DNA of 60,390 nt from the NCBI GenBank assembly GCA_944372415.1, contig CALVZA010000016.1, positions 1-60,390 on the forward strand, in the 5' to 3' direction. This document shows positions 49,965 to 58,447 of this stretch, piece after piece. Each line of letters starts with the position of its first letter. Position 1 is the stretch's first letter. The position numbers and the translations under genes are program-made. The DNA is from an uncultured Bacilli bacterium (GTDB lineage: Bacteria > Bacillota_I > Bacilli_A > RF39 > UBA660). The notes under the pieces are model-generated. The model was given only the letters and a program-made list of their open reading frames with translations. It ran no database searches and was not told the DNA's origin.

Positions 49965-51020
49965 ATGAAATATACTAAAATTGTTGATGAAGATATAGAA
50001 AACATAATTATAGATTATAATCCTAAAAAATTAGATGAAAAGATAAGAAATAAAACTTTTTTAATTACGGGTGCATCAGGAATGATAGGTTCATACCTAT
50101 GTTATACATTATTAAAAATGAACCAATTATTTGATACAAATACAAAAATAATTGCAGTAGTAAGAAATCCAAAAAAATTAGACAAATATATTTCTGAAAA
50201 CGAAAATACTAAAGTTGTTATTCAAGATGTAGTAAAACCTTTTAATGTTAACGAAAACATCGATTATATTATACATGCAGCATCTCCTGCAAGTCCAAAA
50301 ATAATGAGTATGCATCCAGTTGAAACAAATTTAGCAAATACATTAGGTACTGCGAATACATTACAACTAGCCAAAGAAAAGAATGCATCAGGATATTTAT
50401 TTATATCTTCACGTGAAATTTATGGTGAACCATCAGAAGGACAAGAATTATTCCATGAGAACGGACCACTAGGACAGGTTAACCCTTTGATTCCAAGAAA
50501 TGGTTATGCAGAAGGAAAAAAAGCAGCAGAAAATTTATGTGCAGCATATAAAGATGAATATGATTTAAATACAAAAATTGTTAGATTAGCACACACATAT
50601 GGACCGGGAATGTCAATATATGATGGAAGAGTTCAAGCTGATTTTTTAAAAAATATAATAAATAATCAAGATATTGTACTTAAAAGCGATGGATCATCAG
50701 TAAGAACTTATACATATATAAGTGACGCTATAGAAGCTATATTATTAGTTTTATTAAATTCAAATGATTTAGTATACAATATATCTGATGAAAAATCTGA
50801 AACATCTATTAAACAGTTAGCAGAAGTTTTAATAAATTTAGAACCATCAAAAAACTTGAAATTAGTTTTTGATATACCTAAAGAAGAACAAAAAGGTTGC
50901 GCTTCTTTTAAAAAAGGAATATTATCAAGTGAAAAAATTAGAAAAGAATTAAATTGGAAACCTAGATACTCAATTTCAGAAGGATTCAAAAGAACAATAG
51001 AACATATAGAAGAAGAATAA
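49965..51020 (+). CDS. Extended SDR (NAD-dependent epimerase/dehydratase/reductase family)
   Basis: ITGASGMIGSYL (GxxGxxG), SSREIYG, and the catalytic YAEGKK (YxxxK). It starts 4 nt after the cytidylyltransferase gene. Confidence 0.8.
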   Translation: MKYTKIVDEDIENIIIDYNPKKLDEKIRNKTFLITGASGMIGSYLCYTLLKMNQLFDTNTKIIAVVRNPKKLDKYISENENTKVVIQDVVKPFNVNENIDYIIHAASPASPKIMSMHPVETNLANTLGTANTLQLAKEKNASGYLFISSREIYGEPSEGQELFHENGPLGQVNPLIPRNGYAEGKKAAENLCAAYKDEYDLNTKIVRLAHTYGPGMSIYDGRVQADFLKNIINNQDIVLKSDGSSVRTYTYISDAIEAILLVLLNSNDLVYNISDEKSETSIKQLAEVLINLEPSKNLKLVFDIPKEEQKGCASFKKGILSSEKIRKELNWKPRYSISEGFKRTIEHIEEE

Positions 51021-51054
51021 GAAAAAGATATAATAAAAGAGAAAAAGTTATATT

Positions 51055-51080
51055 AAGCAAAAGTTTAAGCTTTTGCTTTT
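51055..51080 (+). terminator. Rho-independent terminator after the CDP-alditol genes
   Basis: Arms aagcaaaag (51055-51063) and cttttgctt (51070-51078), followed by tt. TATAAT follows at 51089-51094. Confidence 0.6.
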
Positions 51081-51123
51081 ATCAATTTTATAATTATGTT
51101 AAAATAAATTAGAAGGTGAAATA

Positions 51124-51915
51124 ATGAAAAATATTAAATTATTTTTTAAAAATATAAAAAAATATAATAAATATGCAATACGTTCTGCCAAAGCAGAATT
51201 GAAAAGTGAAGTAGCAGACTCTTATTTAAATTGGCTATGGTGGATTATAGAACCTATATGTTTTATGTTAATTTATACATTTGTATTTGGAGTTATTTTT
51301 AAAAATAAAACAGAATACTTTGCATCTTTTATTTTTATTGGACTTACTGCATGGGAGTTTTTTAATCGAATGATTACTGGATCGGTGCAATTAATATTAC
51401 ATAATAGAGGGTTAGTTACAAAAGTATACATACCAAAATATATTTTATTATTGTCTAAATCTTATACGTATTTATTTAAAATGGCAATTTCTTATTTTAT
51501 TGCATTTGCTTTAATGTTATTTCAAGGTGTTTCTTTTAGTGTACATGCATTCTACTTAATCCCGATTGTAATAGTTATGTATATTTTAACTTTTGGAATA
51601 AGTATGATATTAATGCATTATGGAGTATTATTAAATGATTTGGCTAACTTAACACGAATAGGATTAAGAATGGTATTCTATTTATCAGGTATATTTTATA
51701 ATATAAGAGAACGTTTACACGGAATATTACAATATGTTCTATTACGTGCTAATCCTATAGCATTTCATATGGATGAAATGAGAAAAGTATTATTGGAATC
51801 TAAATTACCAAGTTTTGAAGGTTTAGCATTTTGGTTAATTATAGGACTAATACTATGTTTTATAGGAATTAATATTATTCATAAAAATGAAAATAGTTAT
51901 GCAAAGGTGATATAA
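51124..51915 (+). CDS. ABC-2-type exporter permease (TagG/Wzm type), copy 2
   Basis: Six-TM protein with the N-terminal IRSAKAELKSEVADSYLNWLWWIIEP signature region. SD is AGAAGGTGA. Confidence 0.8.
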   Translation: MKNIKLFFKNIKKYNKYAIRSAKAELKSEVADSYLNWLWWIIEPICFMLIYTFVFGVIFKNKTEYFASFIFIGLTAWEFFNRMITGSVQLILHNRGLVTKVYIPKYILLLSKSYTYLFKMAISYFIAFALMLFQGVSFSVHAFYLIPIVIVMYILTFGISMILMHYGVLLNDLANLTRIGLRMVFYLSGIFYNIRERLHGILQYVLLRANPIAFHMDEMRKVLLESKLPSFEGLAFWLIIGLILCFIGINIIHKNENSYAKVI

Positions 51916-52655
51916 TGAAAAATCAAGATAAAAAAATAGCTGTAACAGTAAAAAATTTACATATATCATATAGAGGATTAACCAAAACATCTATAAGAGC
52001 AACTTGGAGCAAAAAAAGAAAAAAAGTAGAAATATTTGAAGCTTTAAAAGGAATTTCATTTGAAATAGAAGAAGGTAGAATACTAGGTATTATTGGAAAA
52101 AATGGTAGTGGTAAATCTACAATGTTAAGAGCAATTGCAGGAATATTTTCACCAGATAAAGGAAGTATTAATTTGCATGGTAATACTATATCTTTATTAT
52201 CAATTGGAGTAGGCTTCAATAATAAATTAACAGGATATGAAAATATTTATCTTTCTGGAATGTTATTAGGATTTTCAGAAGAAGAAATAAAAGAAAAAGA
52301 ACAAGAAATAATTAATTTTGCAGATATAGGAGATTTTATATTTAAACCAGTAAAAACATATTCATCAGGTATGTATTCTAAACTTGCATTTGCAATAACT
52401 GCAATACTAGAAACAGATATAATGTTAATTGATGAAGTTTTATCAGTTGGAGATGTAAAATTCAAAGAAAAAAGCTTTAATAAAATGAAAGAATTAATTT
52501 CTGATGATAAAAGAACAGTTATAATTGTATCTCATAGTTTAGGAACAATCAGTGACTTGTGTGATCAAGTACTATGGTTAAATGATGGTGAAGTAATTGA
52601 AATTGGTTCTCCAAAAGAAATAATACCAAAATACAAAGAATTTATGAACTTATAA
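51915..52655 (+). CDS. ABC exporter ATP-binding protein (TagH/Wzt type), copy 2
   Basis: Walker A GKNGSGKSTML, signature YSSGMYSKLAF, Walker B IMLIDEVLSVGD. Start/stop overlap (ATAATG). Confidence 0.85.
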   Translation: MKNQDKKIAVTVKNLHISYRGLTKTSIRATWSKKRKKVEIFEALKGISFEIEEGRILGIIGKNGSGKSTMLRAIAGIFSPDKGSINLHGNTISLLSIGVGFNNKLTGYENIYLSGMLLGFSEEEIKEKEQEIINFADIGDFIFKPVKTYSSGMYSKLAFAITAILETDIMLIDEVLSVGDVKFKEKSFNKMKELISDDKRTVIIVSHSLGTISDLCDQVLWLNDGEVIEIGSPKEIIPKYKEFMNL

Positions 52656-52691
52656 AATAGAATTAAATAAAAATAGCAATTCTATTTTTTT
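52656..52691 (+). terminator. Rho-independent terminator after the second ABC exporter
   Basis: Arms aatagaatt (52656-52664) and aattctatt (52678-52686), followed by ttttt. Confidence 0.55.
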
Positions 52692-52732
52692 ATATTATAA
52701 TTTTTGTTATAATTAAATTGTGGTGAAATATT

Positions 52733-54109
52733 GTGAAAAAAAATATAATTAAATTAAATTCGTTATTTTTTATATTATTGCCCTTTATAGATTTAATAAC
52801 ATCATTAGTTGCTAGATTTATATATTTACCAATATCTATAGGAATGATTATAAAAGGATTATATATATTTATAATTACTTTATATATTATATTTTATTCA
52901 AAATCAAAACACAGAAAAACATACATAAAATATATAATATTAGTCAGTATGTTTATCTTACTCTATTTTATATCTAAACCTTATATATTTAATAAAGATT
53001 ATATTATTAACGAAATATCATCAATATTTAAAATGTTTTATGGCTCAATATTATTTTTTGCATTCTTAGTATTATATAATGATTTTAAATACAAGGAAAA
53101 AGATATAAATAAATTAATGTTTTATTCTTTAATAACTTATTCAATGTTATTAATTATTCCTACAATAACAAATACTAATTTTAACACATACACAATGAAA
53201 AATAATGATGGAAGTGTAGGATGGTTTTACGCAGCAAATGATATAAGTTCTATTATATTAATGTTATATCCTTTTATATATTTATTTTTTATAAAAAAAA
53301 TAAATAATAAAAATAAAAAAACTTACCTTTATTATTTAATATTATTACCTATCATATATTCAATATTTATAATAGGTACTAAAACAAGTTGGTTAGGATT
53401 AATATTAATTACTATTATTTTATTGGTAATATTTATTATAACAAAACAAAATAAAAAAAATATATATTGTTTAATTATTACTTTAATGTTAACATTAGGA
53501 CTAACTTATATATCACCAGCTTTTGCCAACTTAAATAAAGAACAAGATAGATTAAACAATAAAGTTGAAATAGTAGAAGATAGTGTAAAAAATACTAATG
53601 TAACAGAAGAAAAAGACCAACAAAAATTAGAAGAACAAAAATGTATATCATATAAAATAACGGATATAATAAAAAATAAAACAATATATAATATTACACA
53701 TGTAATACTTAGTGGAAGAGAGAATAAAGCATATACTTTATACACAATATACAAAGATTCAAATTTTTTAAATAAATTATTGGGAGTAGGTTTTTCAAAT
53801 ACTTCCAAAATAAATAATTGTTATGTTGAAAGATATGTGGAAATGGATATAATAGATATATTATTCCATTATGGAATAATAGGATTAATAATTATAATAA
53901 CACCATTTATTTACTTAATTAAATTAATATTAAATAATAAAATAAATTACAATAATAATTCAATAATATATATTTCAATAATAATTTTAATGATAGCTAT
54001 ATCAACAGTAGCTGGACATGTTATAGGATATCCTACTACAGGAATATATTTAAGTTTATACATGTTATTATTAACAATTCATAAAAATACAAAAGTAGTT
54101 AGAGAGTGA
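52733..54109 (+). CDS. Wzy_C / O-antigen-ligase-like polytopic membrane protein
   Basis: At least 10 TM segments. GTKTSWLGLILI and DILFHYGIIGLIII resemble the Wzy_C signature regions (xSRxxWLxL and HNxxLxxxxxxGxxG). A charged loop reads NKEQDRLNNKVEIVEDS.... GTG start, 6 nt after GTGGTGA. Confidence 0.6.
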   Translation: MKKNIIKLNSLFFILLPFIDLITSLVARFIYLPISIGMIIKGLYIFIITLYIIFYSKSKHRKTYIKYIILVSMFILLYFISKPYIFNKDYIINEISSIFKMFYGSILFFAFLVLYNDFKYKEKDINKLMFYSLITYSMLLIIPTITNTNFNTYTMKNNDGSVGWFYAANDISSIILMLYPFIYLFFIKKINNKNKKTYLYYLILLPIIYSIFIIGTKTSWLGLILITIILLVIFIITKQNKKNIYCLIITLMLTLGLTYISPAFANLNKEQDRLNNKVEIVEDSVKNTNVTEEKDQQKLEEQKCISYKITDIIKNKTIYNITHVILSGRENKAYTLYTIYKDSNFLNKLLGVGFSNTSKINNCYVERYVEMDIIDILFHYGIIGLIIIITPFIYLIKLILNNKINYNNNSIIYISIIILMIAISTVAGHVIGYPTTGIYLSLYMLLLTIHKNTKVVRE

Positions 54110-54115
54110 TATAAA

Positions 54116-57100
54116 ATGAATAATAAAAAAAGAATGTATATATTTTTAATATTACTACCCATTATAGATCTTGTTACATCTCTTATAACAAGATTTAATA
54201 TGTTTAATATTAGTTTAGGAATGGTTGTAAAAACTATATTTCTAATAGCAATGTTATATTATTTAATAATAAAAAGTTTTTCAAAGCATAAGAAAAAAAG
54301 TTTAATATATTTAACATTAATATTTATATATATAACATTATATTTTATAACAAAAATAAATTATTTAACCCCTGATAATTTAATACAAGAATTAATATAT
54401 ATGTTTAAATTAATGTATTATCCTATACTTCTACCTTGTATAATATGTTATTTTGATGATAAAAAATTTAGTAAAAAAGAATTAAATTATATATTAATGA
54501 TAAACGTTATAACATATTGTATATTATTATTTATACCATTAATAACTAATACTGGTTTTAAAACATATTATTCTAGTTTAAAAGGTAATACAGGATGGTA
54601 CTTTTCAGGTAATGAAATATCAATAATATTAATTTTGATATTCCCATTTATATATAATTTATTAAAAAAGAAAAAACTTTATTGTCCATTAATTATTATA
54701 TTATCTATACTAATAATATCTACTATAGGAACAAAAGCTTCTATGATAGGTTTGTTAATAGATACGTTTATATTGTTTATTATTTCTTTATTTTATAAAG
54801 AAAATAATAAACATAATATCAAACTAATTTCTATTACATTTGTAATATTAATTATAACAGGAATAATTTTTATAAATTCACATTCCATGGATAATATAAA
54901 AATTACTTTAGGAATACAACAAATACAAGACAAAGAACAAATATCTAAAGATAAAGAAATAGAAGCTAAAAGACTACAGGAACGAAAACTAATAAAAGAA
55001 GAAATTGATAGAATAGAAAAAGAAAATAATAATAATAAAACAGACTCAAAATTAATAGAGTTTTATAATAATTATGGAAAAGCACTTTTAAGTGATAGAG
55101 ATATTTATTTTAAAGTTACTTATAGAATTTATGATAAAAATTATAATATTAATACTTTACTATTTGGAATTGGTTATACCAACAATACTAAAATTCAGTC
55201 TTTTGCAATTAACAAACTAATAGAAATAGACCCACTAGATATATATTTTCATTCAGGACTTATTGCATTAATTATTATCTTATTACCATTAATATATTAT
55301 ATATATAATATAATTAAATTAAGAAAAATTACTATAAACTCAGTATTCTATTTCTTAATGATAGGTATGATCTTTGCAGTTTCATGTATAAGTGGACATA
55401 CACTAATGGCACCTGCAGTAAGTATTTATATAGTACTATATTTTTTACTAGCCTTTGATGAATTAAACTTAATTAACAAAAAGAATAAAGAAATAGAAAA
55501 AAATAAATTAACTATATATGCTCTACATTTAAATTATGGTGGAGTAGAAAAAAATGTATGTATGAAAGCTAATATACTAAGTGAAATATATAATGTAGAA
55601 ATAATAACTTTATATAAATTAAATGAAAAACCCCAATTTGAATTAAATAATAATGTAAAAGTTACTTATTTAACTAATAACATTAAACCAAACAAAAAAG
55701 AATTTATTAGTGCTCTTCATAAAAAAAATATAATAAATATTTTAAAAGAAGGAATATATGCAACAAAAGTATTATATTTAAAAAGCACATTATTAACAAA
55801 ATCAATGACTAATTGTAATAGTGAAATTATAATATCAACAAGAGTAGACTTTACAGAAAAATTATTAAAAAATAATGAATATGATAATATAAAAATAGCG
55901 GAAGAACATATATATCATAATAATAATACAAGGTATTTAAATAAATTATATAAAATTTTAAAAAGTATAGATTACTTAATGCCTAGTAGTAAATACTTAA
56001 CTAGCTATTATAAAGACATATTTAATGATTACTCTTATAAAATTATAACTAATAATATGCCTATTGAAACTAATAATAAAATTAGTACACTTAAAAATAA
56101 AAATATTATTAGTGTAGGAAGATTAGATAAAGTAAAAGGTTATAACGATTTAATAAAATTATTTATAAAACTAAATAATAAAGATTGGACTCTTAATATA
56201 GTTGGAGATGGTCCAGAATATAATAATTTATATAATTTAATAAAACAAAATAATATGGAAAATAATATAAAATTACTTGGTTTTAAAACACCAAAAGAAT
56301 TAAATGAATTATATAAAGATTCATCAATATATATTATGACTTCATTAGAAGAATCTTTTGGATTAGTTTTAATAGAAGCAGCAAGTCATGGATTACCAAT
56401 AATAGCATATGATAGTGCATTAGGAGCAAAAGAGATATTAAAAGATACTAACGGAATACTAATAAGTAATAGAAATGAAAATAAAATGATAGAAACTTTA
56501 AATAAATTAATTAATAATATTAATTTAAGAAAAGAATATCAACAAAAATCACTTTCTATAGCTAAAAATTATGATTATAAAAAAATAAAAGAAGATAATA
56601 TAAACTTTTTTAAAGACATTAGAAAAAGTAGTATGTATAGAAATTTATATACTAATAGTAAAAAAGAATGTTATAAATTAATTGAAGAAAAATTAAAAAA
56701 AGAAGAAAAACAATTTATAATTACTGCTAATCCAGAAACTTATATGTTAAGTAAAATAAATAAATCTATTAATGATATGTTATATGATAAAAATAACTTA
56801 ATCGTTCCAGATGGGATTAGTATAGTTAAAACAGCAAATTTCTTAGGAAATAGTGTTAAAGAAAGAATAAGTGGAATAGACATTGCTGAACATTTATTAA
56901 AAATTTCTAATAAAAATAAATATAAATTATACTTATTTGGAGCTAGTAAAGAAGTAATGAATAAATTAATTAAAGTTATTAATACTAAATATCCTAATAT
57001 TGACTTAGTTGGAGCTACAAACGGTTATGTTAAAGATAAAGATAAAATAATGAATAAAATAAAAACATTAGATCCTGATATAGTTATGGTAGCGCTTGGT

Positions 57101-57355
57101 ATTCCAATGCAAGAAAAACTTATATATAATCATATAAATGATTTTAAAAAAGGAATATTTATAGGTGTAGGAGGATCATTTGATGTAATAAGTGGTACAA
57201 AAAAACGTGCTCCAAGATTATTTATAAAATTTAATTTAGAATGGTTATATAGAATTTCATGTGAACCAAAAAGATTAATTAGATTTATTAAACATAATGT
57301 AAGATTTTTATTAGTTATTTTAAAAGAAAAACTAAATAAAAATGTTGATAAATAA
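54116..57355 (+). CDS. Triple-domain protein: Wzy_C/O-antigen-ligase-like membrane domain + GT4 glycosyltransferase + TagA/WecG (GT26) glycosyltransferase
   Basis: Aa 1 to ~455 are paralogous to the preceding ORF (LLPIIDLVTSLITRF, GTKASMIGLLI, DIYFHSGLIALIII). Aa ~470-830 carry ALHLNYGGVEKN, VGRLDKVKGY and EESFGLVLIEAASHGLPIIAYD. Aa ~835-1079 carry TANPETYM, VPDGISIV, LFGASKEV, ALGIPMQEKL, GVGGSFDVISG and APRLFIKFNLEWLYR. Confidence 0.8.
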   Translation: MNNKKRMYIFLILLPIIDLVTSLITRFNMFNISLGMVVKTIFLIAMLYYLIIKSFSKHKKKSLIYLTLIFIYITLYFITKINYLTPDNLIQELIYMFKLMYYPILLPCIICYFDDKKFSKKELNYILMINVITYCILLFIPLITNTGFKTYYSSLKGNTGWYFSGNEISIILILIFPFIYNLLKKKKLYCPLIIILSILIISTIGTKASMIGLLIDTFILFIISLFYKENNKHNIKLISITFVILIITGIIFINSHSMDNIKITLGIQQIQDKEQISKDKEIEAKRLQERKLIKEEIDRIEKENNNNKTDSKLIEFYNNYGKALLSDRDIYFKVTYRIYDKNYNINTLLFGIGYTNNTKIQSFAINKLIEIDPLDIYFHSGLIALIIILLPLIYYIYNIIKLRKITINSVFYFLMIGMIFAVSCISGHTLMAPAVSIYIVLYFLLAFDELNLINKKNKEIEKNKLTIYALHLNYGGVEKNVCMKANILSEIYNVEIITLYKLNEKPQFELNNNVKVTYLTNNIKPNKKEFISALHKKNIINILKEGIYATKVLYLKSTLLTKSMTNCNSEIIISTRVDFTEKLLKNNEYDNIKIAEEHIYHNNNTRYLNKLYKILKSIDYLMPSSKYLTSYYKDIFNDYSYKIITNNMPIETNNKISTLKNKNIISVGRLDKVKGYNDLIKLFIKLNNKDWTLNIVGDGPEYNNLYNLIKQNNMENNIKLLGFKTPKELNELYKDSSIYIMTSLEESFGLVLIEAASHGLPIIAYDSALGAKEILKDTNGILISNRNENKMIETLNKLINNINLRKEYQQKSLSIAKNYDYKKIKEDNINFFKDIRKSSMYRNLYTNSKKECYKLIEEKLKKEEKQFIITANPETYMLSKINKSINDMLYDKNNLIVPDGISIVKTANFLGNSVKERISGIDIAEHLLKISNKNKYKLYLFGASKEVMNKLIKVINTKYPNIDLVGATNGYVKDKDKIMNKIKTLDPDIVMVALGIPMQEKLIYNHINDFKKGIFIGVGGSFDVISGTKKRAPRLFIKFNLEWLYRISCEPKRLIRFIKHNVRFLLVILKEKLNKNVDK

Positions 57356-57376
57356 AATGTTATTAACATTTTTTTT
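57354..57376 (+). terminator. Weak AT-rich terminator hairpin
   Basis: Arms aaaatgt (57354-57360) and acatttt (57366-57372), followed by tttt. Confidence 0.35.
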
Positions 57377-57415
57377 AAACTTTTTATGTTATACTATAAA
57401 CAAGGATGTGAAATA

Positions 57416-58447
57416 ATGAAATTTGATGTATATGATTTTGACGGAACTATATATGATGGAGATTCATCTATTGATTTTATAAAATTTTTAATAAACAAAA
57501 AAAAATCTATTATACTATTTATTCCTAAAATGATTATTTATTTTATAAAATACAAACTAAAATTAATATCAAAAGAAAGAATGAAAGAATGTTTTTTTGA
57601 AGTCTTAACAAAATTTGATAATATTGATGATTTAATAAAAGAATTTTGGAATAAAAATGAAAATAAAATAAAAGATTTCTTTAAAAATAAAAAAAATCAT
57701 AAAAATGATATAATTGCTTCTGCTAGCCCTATATTTTTATTAGAACCAATTGCAAAAAAATACAAAGTAAAAGATTTATTTGCATCTCCAATAGATAAAA
57801 ATACCGGAAAATATAGTGGCTTAAATTGTCACGGTGTGGAAAAAGTAAAACTTATTAACAAAAAATATCCAAAAAGTACTATAAAGTGTATGTATTCTGA
57901 TGATGAGAATGCCGACAAACCATTATTAGATTTAGCAGAAAATTCTTATATAGTAAAAAAAGATAAAATAATTGACTATAAAGAATATATAAATAAAAAA
58001 CCAAATATTATAAAAAGATTTTGGAATTGGGGTTGGAGTATTTATCATAAAAATGAAGAAGTTTGGAATTACTTAATAGTAGGAGGTCTAACTACTCTAG
58101 TAAGTTTAATAGTATATTATATTTGTGTGTTAACATTTTTAAATCCTAATAATCCTTTAGAATTACAAATAGCTAATGTATTGTCATGGATATTTGCAGT
58201 AATATTTGCTTATTACACAAATAGAGTATTTGTTTTTAAAAGTAATAATAAAAATATAAAAAAAGAAGCTACAAGTTTTGTAGGTTCAAGAATAATAACT
58301 CTATTATTAGATATGTTAACAATGTTTATAATTGTTACAATATTACACCTAAATGATAAAATAGGTAAAATAGTTTCACAAATATTAGTAATTATAGGTA
58401 ATTATTTAATAAGTAAATTATTTGTATTTAAAAATAAAGAAAATTAA
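57416..58447 (+). CDS. Fusion of a HAD-superfamily (IB-like) phosphatase and a GtrA-family membrane domain
   Basis: HAD motif I YDFDGTIYDGDS, motif II IIASASP, motif IV YSDDENADKPLL. The C-terminal 4-TM domain reads YLIVGGLTTLVSLIVYY...YYTNRVFVFKS...IGNYLISKLFVFK (GtrA-like). The start was moved to ATG 57416, preceded by AAGGATG. The listed ATG 57386 lies on an extended -10 element TGTTATACT (57387-57395). Confidence 0.75.
   Translation: MKFDVYDFDGTIYDGDSSIDFIKFLINKKKSIILFIPKMIIYFIKYKLKLISKERMKECFFEVLTKFDNIDDLIKEFWNKNENKIKDFFKNKKNHKNDIIASASPIFLLEPIAKKYKVKDLFASPIDKNTGKYSGLNCHGVEKVKLINKKYPKSTIKCMYSDDENADKPLLDLAENSYIVKKDKIIDYKEYINKKPNIIKRFWNWGWSIYHKNEEVWNYLIVGGLTTLVSLIVYYICVLTFLNPNNPLELQIANVLSWIFAVIFAYYTNRVFVFKSNNKNIKKEATSFVGSRIITLLLDMLTMFIIVTILHLNDKIGKIVSQILVIIGNYLISKLFVFKNKEN

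Noticed and set aside
10422-57369. About 30 listed ORFs of 60-133 aa lying antisense to, or nested in, long motif-bearing genes. Examples: 10422..10631, 11986..12285, 14712..14933, 17597..17836, 18336..18620, 18726..18914, 21880..22233, 24250..24651, 24775..25020, 25625..25888, 35093..35398, 44479..44796, 50708..50989, 51923..52219, 53506..53808, 57130..57369.
   Set aside because: Each overlaps a much longer ORF on the other strand that carries clear family motifs. Their translations are low-complexity (F/L/I/S/Y-rich), as expected from the complement of AT-rich coding DNA, and I saw no SD sequences. They are treated as spurious.
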